Source: a virus | Taxonomy: Duplodnaviria; Caudoviricetes | IMG/VR virus record: IMGVR_UViG_3300012943_000685 | Span: 1 to 48,639 of that record | Reading direction: 5' to 3' (one strand) | DNA: 48,639 bases | Shown here: piece after piece, positions 7,847 through 17,865 of the stretch | How the letters are laid out: every line of letters starts with the position of its first letter | Position numbering within the stretch: position 1 is the stretch's first letter | The notes under the pieces: model-generated | What the model was told of the DNA's origin: nothing | Seen by the model: only the letters and a program-made list of their open reading frames with translations | Databases searched by the model: none | Position numbers and translations under genes: made by a program

Positions 7847-10426
7847 CTATGTGTCTGAGGATGTGATCTTGATCCGGCCAACCGCGCCGCTTGTGCCCGC
7901 CGTGGTCGTTGAGCCCGCACCGCCGCCGCCCGGCGCTGTACCGGCCATGCCTGCCGTGGTTTGATCGCCGCCGCCTTCCGGCGCGCCGCCGCCGTCCCAA
8001 GTGTTGGTGAGCCCGCCGTCGCGGCCTGACGTGTTGGTGTCGTTGCCGCCGGATGCCGTGCCGCCGGTCCCAGCAATCAGGTTCCCGCCCGCGCCGCCAC
8101 CGTTTGCGGCCAGACTGAGCGCCGCCAATGTCGTGTCTCCGCCCACGCCACCAAACACGCCGCCATTGCCGACTGATCCGCTGAGGACCGTGCCAAACAC
8201 AGGCGTTGCGATCTTGTGTTTGACGTAGCCGCCAGCACCGGCGCCGCGACCAAGCGTTGAGCCTTTGCCGCCCGTCGTGGCCCCGCCACCGGCACCACCC
8301 GCGCCCCACATCTCAATGATGAGGAATTTGACCGACGCTGGATCGGGCGTGGAGAAATCAAACGCCCCGGATGTGGTCTGATCGAGCAACACGGTGCCGG
8401 GTGCCGTGGGCTGCGGATAATAGAACTTGCCGTCGCTATCGAGCATGACCGAATAGGCGGTGACCATGCTGAGGTCTTGGTGTCCACCGCCGTAAATATT
8501 GAACGACGGCAGCTTCACATAGATGGTCTTGCCCTTCTGGGCCGAGGTGTAAGAAAAGCGGAAAATGCTGTCGTCGAGACGGACGAAAGATGCCCCCGCC
8601 AAATGACCCGCGATGGTCGTACCAAACGCACCGCGCCGCAAATAACTGAGCGTCCGCTCATAGGTAGAGACCAGTGTCGCATCGCGATAGGCAATGACCT
8701 CGCCGTCGATCATGGCAAGGGTGCCGAACCCGTCCACATCGTCTTGCGACCCGCCGTTGAGTTCGCCCTTGGACATGCCGAGATCGACATTGACGCTGTT
8801 TGTGGTGTCTGGGTCGCTGCCCGAAGCCAGATCAGTGGTGAGCACGCCATAGCGCGCGCCGCCGATGATCTCCCCCACCCTGGAATAGCTGCTGCCGTCG
8901 AGGCTGATATGCACCTCGCAACCGCCCCAGTTGGCCCCAATTCCCGACACTGCAATCCAGAGTTCGAGCGCGCCACCGGTCAATAGCGAGGGTGGGTTGA
9001 GCAATATCGGGTCTGAAACGTCACCCGGATCAACCGATGTGTTGGCGGTGTAGCCCTGCCCCGCTTCAGAGCCATAGACCGGCGCGGAACCGGTGCCATA
9101 GAGATACTCCTCGACATGGAAGACAAAGGACTTATCGGCGTTGCGTGTGATCTCCTTGATGCGTATCCACTGGTTATCCATTTCCAGTGCTACGTTCGTC
9201 GCCTCGATGATGTCCATCGGGTCGAGCAGGAGGTATTCCGGTCCGACCGTAATCACGAATTCGTTGCGATACGATTCCCTGCCGAGCAGGATTTGCGACA
9301 CCTTCTCGGCCACAGAACGAATGCAAATGTGATCGTAGGTCTTGAGATCGGCGGGCCGCTCGCCCGTCATCGCTATGTCGCCGTCGTCTTTCGCATCGAC
9401 GACCTGCGCATTGTAATTGCTGATCCGCTCGTTGAACTGGACCTTGATGATGTTTTTGTAGTCGTTGGGCTTCTTGCGGGTGCCAACGATGGGGTCGGCA
9501 TTTTCCGACGACGATGTAGAGGCCGAGCCGACGCCCTGGTTTGGCATCAGGTCGTCATTCCATAGGCTGTAGAGCGCGGCTTGCGGCGGCGTGTAGGTGG
9601 CGCCGTTACCACTCAGGGGCTGGTCCCAGTAGGGAACCACATTCAGCACCCCGTTTGACCAGACGATCTCGCTATTGGTCATCTCCATCAGTTCTTGAAT
9701 GAACTGGCTGGCTTCTTGTGCCGATGTCAGGGCCGGGCTGAAAAACAGACCGGCTGCGGTGCAAGCATTCTGCCAGAGCGTGAGATCACCGATCCGCGCA
9801 GCGGGAAAGTCGGCGCCGTAATTCACATTGGTCAGAAAATCGACGAGGATGTCTTTGGCGTGCGCGTCGATGACACCGGGCACAGCGTCATGAATGCCGA
9901 ACGTGACCTCGAAACTGATGTTTGGCAGAGCGGGCGAAGACCCCAATTGCATCGGGCCAGCCGCGCAATAGGCGAGCCCGCGATAGGCGTCAGCCTCGGA
10001 CGGATGTTTCGACGTGAGATAGGACCACGCCGCCTGCGAATAGCCGCCGTTGAATGCGGTGAGATTCTGCGATGAAAGCTGAAACTGTGACCCGCTGGAA
10101 TCCCAGCATGTGCCGATATAGTGGACCGGACCCTCGCACAGTCCGCCTGCAACAGCAGCACTATAGGTATAAGAGACGCCGCCGCCTTTGCCGCCCTTCC
10201 CACCTTTGCCACCCGCACCGCCAAGAATGCCGCCCTTGCCGCCGCCCTGCTGGTGCGCGGTGGCAAGAAAATCGCCATACCAGATCAAATTCCACGAGAT
10301 GCGCCGCTGGCCCCATCCGATGATGCGGACCTGGCCGTAGACAGAACTGTTGATGCGCAGCGCGGTCTCTGGCCCTTGGGGTTTGTTGACCCGCGAGCCA
10401 GAGCCGCCGCCGAATAGCATGGACAT
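7847..10426 (-). CDS. Tail tip / host-specificity (J-like, Phage-tail_3) protein with Gly-rich C-terminal domain
   Basis: GGKGG N-terminus, AYRGLAY, LPNISFEV, WGGCEV, LRRGAFGT, C-terminal WGAGGAGG Gly-rich domain. Confidence 0.88.
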   Translation of the reverse strand: MSMLFGGGSGSRVNKPQGPETALRINSSVYGQVRIIGWGQRRISWNLIWYGDFLATAHQQGGGKGGILGGAGGKGGKGGKGGGVSYTYSAAVAGGLCEGPVHYIGTCWDSSGSQFQLSSQNLTAFNGGYSQAAWSYLTSKHPSEADAYRGLAYCAAGPMQLGSSPALPNISFEVTFGIHDAVPGVIDAHAKDILVDFLTNVNYGADFPAARIGDLTLWQNACTAAGLFFSPALTSAQEASQFIQELMEMTNSEIVWSNGVLNVVPYWDQPLSGNGATYTPPQAALYSLWNDDLMPNQGVGSASTSSSENADPIVGTRKKPNDYKNIIKVQFNERISNYNAQVVDAKDDGDIAMTGERPADLKTYDHICIRSVAEKVSQILLGRESYRNEFVITVGPEYLLLDPMDIIEATNVALEMDNQWIRIKEITRNADKSFVFHVEEYLYGTGSAPVYGSEAGQGYTANTSVDPGDVSDPILLNPPSLLTGGALELWIAVSGIGANWGGCEVHISLDGSSYSRVGEIIGGARYGVLTTDLASGSDPDTTNSVNVDLGMSKGELNGGSQDDVDGFGTLAMIDGEVIAYRDATLVSTYERTLSYLRRGAFGTTIAGHLAGASFVRLDDSIFRFSYTSAQKGKTIYVKLPSFNIYGGGHQDLSMVTAYSVMLDSDGKFYYPQPTAPGTVLLDQTTSGAFDFSTPDPASVKFLIIEMWGAGGAGGGATTGGKGSTLGRGAGAGGYVKHKIATPVFGTVLSGSVGNGGVFGGVGGDTTLAALSLAANGGGAGGNLIAGTGGTASGGNDTNTSGRDGGLTNTWDGGGAPEGGGDQTTAGMAGTAPGGGGAGSTTTAGTSGAVGRIKITSSDT

Positions 10427-10867
10427 TCACCACCTCGTGAAAAACTTGGGCGTCCTGTCCGCGAGCCGCCCGCCATTGCCATAGGCGGGCAGAACTGATC
10501 CGGCTTCGACATCGGCATGAATGAGATCGGGCCAGCCTGTAATGATGGCGGCGTGGCTATAAGTCCGGCCAAAGCGCCAAAGGGCTACATCGCCGGGCTT
10601 GGGTGTCTCCGTCTCGCTTAGGAAGCGGGAGACGATGGCAAGCAGCTTGTCCTCGTCCCGGTGCATGAACCAATCGCGTGGATACCATTCGACCTTGGGG
10701 TATTCGCTGAGTGCGATAAGCCCCGCCTCAACATGCGCCATGAACACGAATTGCGCGCAGTCCACGCCGCCATTCGGCCCTTTGACCCGGCCCATGTGTG
10801 ACCATGGTGTGCCGATCCACCCTTCCGCGGCCCGGATGACCGCCGCCCTGCCCTCGGCCTCGGTCAT
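10427..10867 (-). CDS. Tail-associated NlpC/P60 peptidase
   Basis: WIGTPWSH, GVDCAQF, PGDVAL, SHAAI; ATGA-coupled to the hub gene. Confidence 0.9.
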   Translation of the reverse strand: MTEAEGRAAVIRAAEGWIGTPWSHMGRVKGPNGGVDCAQFVFMAHVEAGLIALSEYPKVEWYPRDWFMHRDEDKLLAIVSRFLSETETPKPGDVALWRFGRTYSHAAIITGWPDLIHADVEAGSVLPAYGNGGRLADRTPKFFTRW

Positions 10868-11808
10868 ATCGCGGTCTCCGGGGACGGCACGAACCGCTCG
10901 CCGCCAAAATTGAGCGTGTTGCCGAATGCGGCGCAGGTCGTGCGGGCCTTGTTGCACCCGGCATAGGCTTCGAACGTGTCGCCCTCGGCCAACGGGAAGA
11001 AGAACGGCGTCATCAACTGATAGGTGCCGGGGCTTCCCACCGTTGCGACCCTCACCGTGCGGCTAAACCCTGCGTTCTTTCCGCTCGTCATGACGATGCG
11101 GCCCAACGCGACTGTCCCGCTGCCCGGAGGGGCTGAGATACTGGAACGAATGATCGAGCGCGTGCTGCCCGCCTCCACAGTTCCGAGGCATTTGAAATTG
11201 TCTTTGCTGAGCGTGCAGCCCGGATCGTAGAGCGTCTTGCGGCACCCGGCCTGATACACATTGCGCGGCATCTGGCGGCTGAGCCGGGCCATGTAGCTGT
11301 CGATCGAGAACGCGGCCATCGTCTCGCTGAATTCGATCTCGGCCATCTCACCGGCGAACAACGTCACCACGCCGGTCGGGTACATGGCGTCGGGGTATTG
11401 AGATTGGGTCGGCCATTCTGGGAAGATCGCGACATCTACCTGCACGTCGCATTGATCGAACAGCCCAGCCCGGATCGCATGCAGGATCGGGATATCTCCA
11501 ACCCTGTCCGGCCATTCCTCATCGGTCAGCGGGTCTACACTGCGAACCCCGATGGCTAGCTGCCAAGTGTCAACGTCGGTCCCGACGCCCCAATGGCCCT
11601 GTTCCTCCTCACCGTCTTGACCGAGGAAGATTGGGCCTTTCGCGCTCCATGTCGTGTCAGGGATCACGACGGGAAATTCATTGACCGCCCACATCATGGG
11701 CGGCCCCACCTTCGGCGTGAAAGTGTAGAGATCGCACTGGACGAACTTTTTGGTCAGCAGCAAAGCCGCTGTCGCTCCGGGCGCAATCTCGTAGCGCGGG
11801 ATTTTCAC
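10864..11808 (-). CDS. Baseplate hub protein (DUF2163 / BR0599 family)
   Basis: YQAGC..LYDPGC; AGCNKARTTC..FGN..NFGGERFVP. Confidence 0.9.
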   Translation of the reverse strand: MKIPRYEIAPGATAALLLTKKFVQCDLYTFTPKVGPPMMWAVNEFPVVIPDTTWSAKGPIFLGQDGEEEQGHWGVGTDVDTWQLAIGVRSVDPLTDEEWPDRVGDIPILHAIRAGLFDQCDVQVDVAIFPEWPTQSQYPDAMYPTGVVTLFAGEMAEIEFSETMAAFSIDSYMARLSRQMPRNVYQAGCRKTLYDPGCTLSKDNFKCLGTVEAGSTRSIIRSSISAPPGSGTVALGRIVMTSGKNAGFSRTVRVATVGSPGTYQLMTPFFFPLAEGDTFEAYAGCNKARTTCAAFGNTLNFGGERFVPSPETAI

Positions 11809-12206
11809 TGGTCGTCCGCAGCCACTTCAAGCGCCCAGTCGATGGCGAGCAGGATCACCGGCTCGATCTCGACGCCTTTGAAGATCGACCACGGCAGCGG
11901 CTTGAACTGGATGTCTGCATCCATGTCCTGAAGGCGTTTCAGTTCCGCGTCGTAGTCGGTGCGAGATGCGCCCTCCTTCAACACGGGGCGCCCGTTTTCG
12001 AAGCGGAATGCCCCCGCCTCGTCATCGAACGCGACGAACTTCTCGGAGATCGCCCGTTCCGCCGCGATATAGGCGTCGGCCACTGGATTATATTTCTGCG
12101 CGAACCGGATCAGCGGGTATTGAGACGATCCGTCCGGCAGCTTCATATTGAACAGAGCGTTGAGCGCGGCGTGCGCGGTCGCAATCTGTCGATTGGTGAC
12201 AGTCAT
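11805..12206 (-). CDS. Hypothetical tail-region protein (possible fibre chaperone)
   Basis: 133 aa, coupled to the hub gene. Confidence 0.7.
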   Translation of the reverse strand: MTVTNRQIATAHAALNALFNMKLPDGSSQYPLIRFAQKYNPVADAYIAAERAISEKFVAFDDEAGAFRFENGRPVLKEGASRTDYDAELKRLQDMDADIQFKPLPWSIFKGVEIEPVILLAIDWALEVAADDQ

Positions 12207-12256
12207 ATCGGCCTCGATTGTGTTGGAGTGAGGAGGCTAAGGAGCCTCAGTGAGGA

Positions 12257-13489
12257 TTAGGCAGGTTCGAGCGCAGCTATACGAGAACGCAACGCGCGCA
12301 CCTCAGCCCAGAGATAGGGAACAAGTTGGGAGTTATCGACTTGCCACGGTACAAACCCTTCATCGCCGGGGCCAAGGTCGTCATCCGAGCCTTGCGAAAC
12401 TGCCGTTGGCACCGCCGCATGCAGTTCTTGCGCAAAGAAACCAAAGTTCTCAGCCACAATATCCGTGCGGCGATAATGGTGCGGCTCAACCGCGTCGATC
12501 ACCGCGCCATAATCGTAATCGTCCGCTATTAGTTCTTTGATGCGCTGATCCGAAGTCGTGTTGTAGGCAACTACGCCGCCAGTTCGGTTGTAATTGATTG
12601 AGCCGCGCAGAACAGCGGTTGGGTTCTCAGTGTAAAAATTGACAAAGACATTGTTTCCGGTTGTGTCGAGATTACAAACTACGACGGTTCCCGTTGCTGC
12701 TGATTGATTATCGCACCTCAACGCCCCCAAACCTGTTGACGATTGGCGAACATACGCCTTGTACGTCTGCGGGTCTGTCACGCCGATGCCAACCGCACCC
12801 GCAAAATAATTATTCGCTCCGGTGTTGCCGCCGTAGAAATCGTATCTGGAAGTGTATGTTCCGGTCATCGAATATGGAGCAACACACACGCCAGCAAACG
12901 TGCTTCCGTTCCCGGCGATAGTGGATGGGGAGACGTAAACACCATAGAGACCAATGATGGTAGCTCCAGCCACATCATTACGTGGCTCGGCACGCAACGC
13001 AGTCGCAATGGTAATCGTCCCCGTGCTGGCCGATGACAATATTCCCGCTCGCGTCCATATCGCATACTGACTGTTTAAAGTCCCCGCAAACGTCAGAGTG
13101 TTGACGAACGCGTCTAAGCGTATCGCGCTCATTGAGCCTGTCATCGTTTTGCCAAGCGGGACGGTCACTGTTGACGAGTTGATGGCGAGTGTCACCTGGG
13201 CATTCGAGTTGTCGCCAGTCAGCCCAAGCGACGAAGTCAATGTCACCAGATTGATCGTCGCTGACGGGTCATACTGACCTTGAGACACTTGCAACGGGCA
13301 GTTTGGGGCTATCCCAATTCCAACCCATCCCTGCGCGTTTAGTGATGGCAGCGGAAACCCGCCAAGCTGCGAGCCATTGCCAAGGACCAACGCATTACGC
13401 GTGGTGTCCATAAGCAGTTCGCCCGCTGCCGGAGTCATCGCATTGATTTGCGAAGTGGTGCCGCGCCGAAGCTGTCGTTGAATACTCAT
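12257..13489 (-). CDS. Tail fibre/spike with C-terminal intramolecular chaperone (peptidase S74)
   Basis: N-terminal QLRRGTT..GEL; TTSDQRIKE, GFFAQEL..VP.AV, terminal coiled coil LRSRIAALE. Confidence 0.9.
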   Translation of the reverse strand: MSIQRQLRRGTTSQINAMTPAAGELLMDTTRNALVLGNGSQLGGFPLPSLNAQGWVGIGIAPNCPLQVSQGQYDPSATINLVTLTSSLGLTGDNSNAQVTLAINSSTVTVPLGKTMTGSMSAIRLDAFVNTLTFAGTLNSQYAIWTRAGILSSASTGTITIATALRAEPRNDVAGATIIGLYGVYVSPSTIAGNGSTFAGVCVAPYSMTGTYTSRYDFYGGNTGANNYFAGAVGIGVTDPQTYKAYVRQSSTGLGALRCDNQSAATGTVVVCNLDTTGNNVFVNFYTENPTAVLRGSINYNRTGGVVAYNTTSDQRIKELIADDYDYGAVIDAVEPHHYRRTDIVAENFGFFAQELHAAVPTAVSQGSDDDLGPGDEGFVPWQVDNSQLVPYLWAEVRALRSRIAALEPA

Positions 13490-14208
13490 GCGTTTGGCCT
13501 CGCCGTGGTGAACGTAAATTTGGAGACGCTGTAGAGACCGGACATGAACTCTTCGAGTTCTGCGGTGTCCTCATCGGGCTGGCACAGCCACCCATAAATG
13601 CCCGACCATGTGATGGCGGAACCGAGCGGCGGCGGATCGGTGAAACGCAGCGCGCCACCGGCAAAGATCGTCACATCGACTTCGGCCCCGTTCACAAAGA
13701 AATGCGTGAGCGTGAGCCCGCCGTAATCGACGATCTGGGTAACGGCGCTTGGAACGGTCCCGTCATCAAAGGTCTGGGTCACAGAGTCGGCGACAAGCCC
13801 GGCATCTTCGATTGAGGTCACCGCTTCGTCATTCTGAAGCACCGCCGTCACCGGCTCCACAAAACCGCCCAGCGTGCGCATGGCCTGCCAGAGGGTCCGG
13901 GTGCCGTCGCCCGTGCCGATCAGTTGGTCTACCGCCGTGCCATCATCGTGATTGACCCAGATGAACAACTGGCCGGGCGTCGTCATCACCCGCTTCCAGA
14001 ACCCCTCGAAGGTTTGGAATTCCTGATAGGCAGAAGCCGAGCGCAGAAGGCTGATGTCGATTTCGAAGCTGTATAGCGGGTATGGCCACGACGGCTGGGC
14101 AAAGCGCCGACCGTTCTTCGCCTGCCCGCGCGACGTGGCAACGGTCAGCGTTTTCGTCACAGGGAAAGTGATTCCCGGGAATGCCGGGAATTGCGGGATG
14201 GTGGGCAT
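13486..14208 (-). CDS. Distal tail protein (DUF2460 family)
   Basis: GRRF...WPYPLYSF, IGTGDG, FTDPPPLG..ITWSG; follows the tape measure. Confidence 0.88.
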   Translation of the reverse strand: MPTIPQFPAFPGITFPVTKTLTVATSRGQAKNGRRFAQPSWPYPLYSFEIDISLLRSASAYQEFQTFEGFWKRVMTTPGQLFIWVNHDDGTAVDQLIGTGDGTRTLWQAMRTLGGFVEPVTAVLQNDEAVTSIEDAGLVADSVTQTFDDGTVPSAVTQIVDYGGLTLTHFFVNGAEVDVTIFAGGALRFTDPPPLGSAITWSGIYGWLCQPDEDTAELEEFMSGLYSVSKFTFTTARPNA

Positions 14209-14275
14209 GGAGGCCTCCATTTGCGGGGAACAAGGTCGCCGGATAAGCTGCCCGCCTTCAAAATCGGAGGGGGAA

Positions 14276-14596
14276 ATGCTTCATCGTCTCATCGTTGCGG
14301 GTGCCGTCGCCTTGGCGCTGTTAGGCTGTATGTCGACTGGAACTAAAGTTACCGAGGGTGATCTCGCGCAATTCTCGAAGGGCGTAACAACTGAGGATCA
14401 GGTCGTGGCCCGGCTCGGCAAGCCAAATGGCAGATCGGTTACGTCCAACGGGATGAGGGTCATCATTTATAGCTATGCACACGGCTCAGCGTTCGGCGCG
14501 AACGGAAATGCGGTCAGTCTGATTTTCGATGCCAATGGTGTTTTACAGTCATACAGCGCAAGCGAGTCGAACACGTCAGTCCGCCCAGCCCTGTAA
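14276..14596 (+). CDS. Antisense moron: SmpA/OmlA/BamE-like outer-membrane lipoprotein
   Basis: RBS GGAGGGGG; lipobox LLGC; KGVTTEDQVVARLGKP and FDANGVL motifs. Confidence 0.8.
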   Translation: MLHRLIVAGAVALALLGCMSTGTKVTEGDLAQFSKGVTTEDQVVARLGKPNGRSVTSNGMRVIIYSYAHGSAFGANGNAVSLIFDANGVLQSYSASESNTSVRPAL

Positions 14597-14602
14597 ATCA
14601 CA

Positions 14603-17600
14603 TCAGTAAGCCGGGCGCGCGCCGGGGTTACCAGCCATGTAGCGGGCAAGAGTGCGGGCGTTCTTTCGCATCAAGGTGCGGTCGTTCATCATCCGAACCG
14701 CGCTCTTAGGCGCGAGGCTTGTTGCATTGTTGTTCAGGTGAATATGTGTGTCCCCACCCCGCTTGGCACCGGAATTTCCGCCTTCAAAGAACTCGCGCAT
14801 TGGATTCGCAATATGGGCTGGGATCACCGATTCCTGCTCATGCAGCTTCCAAAGACCGCCATTGACCTCCCAAGCCCCGCCTTCGGCGGCACCCACAACA
14901 AGCCCCGCCTGCATGGCCATCACAGCGGCGTACGCCGTCGCCGCCGCTGCTGGAGCGATCACGGGGCCGACATACGGGATAGCCGCGGTTGCAGCGTATG
15001 CCCCAGCAGCAGCCACCGCTGCATCGACACCGATCTGGCCCGCCCCAGCCGCCACCATAAGTGCTTGCCCGGTGGCAGTTGTTACGGCTGTTGACGCGGC
15101 CCTTGTGGTGTCGCCAGCCACAACAGCCGTCGTCTTGGCAGTCTCAAGCCCCAACCACCGCATCAAGGTTTCGCCTATGTCGGCGAGAAACCCCGCATGC
15201 GATGTTGCATTGGCTGCGTTCCGGGCGGCGTTCCCCTGAACAGTTGCGGCAGTCATCCCTCTTTGCGTGAGAAGGTGCGCGAGCAAGCCACCCTGTTCCA
15301 TAGAGCGGGACGCGGCCATCTCGGCTTGGGTGTAAAACATCTTCTGCGTGAAATACTTGAGATCGTTCGCAATCTCTTCCTGCAATAAACGCCCACTCAA
15401 TTGCAGCAGGCTCATCGTAAGGCCTTGCTGGCTGGTGAATATGCTACGGACGAACTGATCTTCGGCGCTCAACAATCCACGGACCTGCGATTGTTTAGCT
15501 TGAACCTGTGTGTTCAGTTCCTTTTGATAGTCAGATGTCTCTTGGCGTCTGATTGTCGCGAGGTCTATCTGGTTCTGCTTTTCAAGGGTCTTAATCTGAC
15601 CAAGAATCTTCTCCTTTAGAACGACATCCTCTCCGGCCGCCACGAACTTACTCTGGAGCACGTCCATGTCGGCGGAGTATTCATCCATGACATATTGCTG
15701 AAGAAGTGCCGCTTTCTGAGCCGCAGTCACGGCGTGGTTCGCGAAATCGGTTTCCAGATCCTTCTTTTTGGCTTCAATTGACATACGCGAAAGCCGAAGG
15801 TCCGTATTCGTCATCTCCTCCCTAACGGCATTGAGCTGATCGCCGACCTCTTTGTTTTCGGCTGCGATGGCGCGGTTCATTTCGATGTTGACCTGAGCGC
15901 GCTGTTTGGCGGTCAGGCTTTCGCCGCGCAATAGGTCATTCCACACCACTTGGATTTTCTGAAGCCGTTCCTGCGCACCCAACCCTTCAATCGCGTTGAT
16001 CTCAGATACCGTCTCGCGGGCGCTCATGATCGCCTCTTCGCCCGCCATCTTTAGACCGAACATATCCTTGTTAGATTGGCCAGTCTGGAGCTTGGTAAGG
16101 TTCTCTTGAGCGGCCTTAAGACCAGCTTCCAACTGGTCAACTTTAACCTGGTCACCAGCCTGCTTTGCAGCTTCCAACCCTTGCTGGAGGATGTCGATGT
16201 CGGCCTTTGTTTGGCGGATGCGAACACCAAAAGTGTCTTCAGCGTCAGCCGCTTTGGTGGCCTTTTCGATTATTTCGTTTGTGCTCTGGCCCAAATTTTC
16301 GAGCGCAAGAATATACCCGCGCACTGCGAATTCATCGTTTTTCCAGTCTTCGGTTTGCTCTTCGATGATCCTGTTGTGCATGCGCTGGACACCAGCGGCC
16401 GTTGCAGTGTTTGTGGCATAGCGCAGTGTTGTGCTGGCGCTGGCAAACATCGAGGCATTGTGTTCGTGGAAGCCTTCAATGCTCGTGCTCACTTCTTGGT
16501 TCAGCACCTTCAGCATTTCAGCGTTACGCTGATGTGTGTCGCCCATGCGCTGTGATTGAAGAATACCGTCGATCTGCGCCTGGGTGATTTGCGGAAATAA
16601 CTTCGTCAGTTCTTTGCCCGACAGTTCTTCTGCGCTGAAGGCCGCAGCAAGAGCTTTTGCGGCGTCAGGGGCTTCCTGCTTTGTCTGGAACGCCCATTGA
16701 GCGGTGAGCGCCATCAAGGCACGCATTTGCGGCTCGCTCTGCCCCCGCATGTCGGCATAGGCACCGATTATTTCTCGGGCTGCATCCTTCGTGACCGTTG
16801 GAAAGCGGGAAAGGGTCGCAACATATTCTTCGATCTTCTGTTTCTGAATGTCGAAGTTGCCAGCGTTTCTAGCCGACGCCTCCAGTTCGGTATTCGCTTC
16901 CGCGGCTTCGTGGACGCGATAGATATAATAAGCGAGCCCGCCAGTTAGCGCAGCAACACCAGCCAAGGCGGCGAGCGCGGCCGGTCCCAATCCAAAGACC
17001 TGCGTAGCGATGATCGCTAGCGTGCCGGGCGTCTGTCGTGTCCGGCCCGAACTCAGTTCGTCAAATAGGGCGCGAAATTCACGAGTCGCCGTTGACACGC
17101 TTCCGTGCATGGCTCGCGTCGTGCCCTCGGCTGCCGCAGAAAGCACGCCATACTCTGCCAATGCCTCGCCTACCGCAGCAGCGGCCATGGCTTCATCAGC
17201 GAAGGCATTTCGCAATTCGACCGCGAGGGCCGCTTGCGTCGCCTGCGGTGCCAGGGCTGCTTCGAAAATGGCCGCACTGGCTGCGGCTGATTTAAACTCC
17301 GCCGTCACCCCGGCATACGAATTCGCGATAGCTTGGCCGAGCGTGGCATTCTTTGCGGCCAGCATTTCTTTGGCCGTTAGGGCATCAATTTCAGTCTGGA
17401 TCGACTTGAGGTCACGTTTGGCCGCATCGAACCCAGCATTGGAGCTGAGCGCGCTACTGAAAACCTTCGCGCTATTGGCGGCTGAGATAAGGGATCTATC
17501 AAGACCGAGGGAGGCGTCAACCCCCTGTTGCAGGCTCGAAAAACTGACAGCCCCAACCGATTCGGCGACTTCGGTTGCACTTCCAGCAACTTCCGTCAGC

Positions 17601-17827
17601 GCTGGAGGGAGCGCCCCCACGGCGGCGGCGGCAGCAAGGGCCTTCGGACTGATGCTATCAAAATTTGTGCCCAACGCCGCCAGTAACGCTCGCCCCTCCG
17701 CGTTGCTGAGCTTCAAGTTGGTGTTGAGGCCCTCGACCTGCGCACTGGCGGACGCCGTCGCCGCCTGGAGTGACGGATCGGCCTTCCCGACAATGGCAAC
17801 TTCGACGGTTGAATCGCGATCAGCCAT
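14603..17827 (-). CDS. Tail tape measure protein
   Basis: 1074 aa, Ala-rich helical, AIPYVGP..APAAA and AEGG..LHEQE motifs; canonical position. Confidence 0.92.
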   Translation of the reverse strand: MADRDSTVEVAIVGKADPSLQAATASASAQVEGLNTNLKLSNAEGRALLAALGTNFDSISPKALAAAAAVGALPPALTEVAGSATEVAESVGAVSFSSLQQGVDASLGLDRSLISAANSAKVFSSALSSNAGFDAAKRDLKSIQTEIDALTAKEMLAAKNATLGQAIANSYAGVTAEFKSAAASAAIFEAALAPQATQAALAVELRNAFADEAMAAAAVGEALAEYGVLSAAAEGTTRAMHGSVSTATREFRALFDELSSGRTRQTPGTLAIIATQVFGLGPAALAALAGVAALTGGLAYYIYRVHEAAEANTELEASARNAGNFDIQKQKIEEYVATLSRFPTVTKDAAREIIGAYADMRGQSEPQMRALMALTAQWAFQTKQEAPDAAKALAAAFSAEELSGKELTKLFPQITQAQIDGILQSQRMGDTHQRNAEMLKVLNQEVSTSIEGFHEHNASMFASASTTLRYATNTATAAGVQRMHNRIIEEQTEDWKNDEFAVRGYILALENLGQSTNEIIEKATKAADAEDTFGVRIRQTKADIDILQQGLEAAKQAGDQVKVDQLEAGLKAAQENLTKLQTGQSNKDMFGLKMAGEEAIMSARETVSEINAIEGLGAQERLQKIQVVWNDLLRGESLTAKQRAQVNIEMNRAIAAENKEVGDQLNAVREEMTNTDLRLSRMSIEAKKKDLETDFANHAVTAAQKAALLQQYVMDEYSADMDVLQSKFVAAGEDVVLKEKILGQIKTLEKQNQIDLATIRRQETSDYQKELNTQVQAKQSQVRGLLSAEDQFVRSIFTSQQGLTMSLLQLSGRLLQEEIANDLKYFTQKMFYTQAEMAASRSMEQGGLLAHLLTQRGMTAATVQGNAARNAANATSHAGFLADIGETLMRWLGLETAKTTAVVAGDTTRAASTAVTTATGQALMVAAGAGQIGVDAAVAAAGAYAATAAIPYVGPVIAPAAAATAYAAVMAMQAGLVVGAAEGGAWEVNGGLWKLHEQESVIPAHIANPMREFFEGGNSGAKRGGDTHIHLNNNATSLAPKSAVRMMNDRTLMRKNARTLARYMAGNPGARPAY

Positions 17828-17865
17828 TGATTACTTATCCATATGCCGAGTGTGGGAACTTCTTC

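Noticed and set aside
12257-13489. Diversity-generating retroelement or invertible tail-fibre cassette
   Set aside because: No RT or invertase, and no duplicated template or inverted repeats seen
14209-14602. Coupled filler-ORF chain across the tail morons, like the one below cro
   Set aside because: The - strand frame checked after the tape-measure stop closes within about 42 codons, and the ORF track shows no spanning ORF here or at 17866-18213
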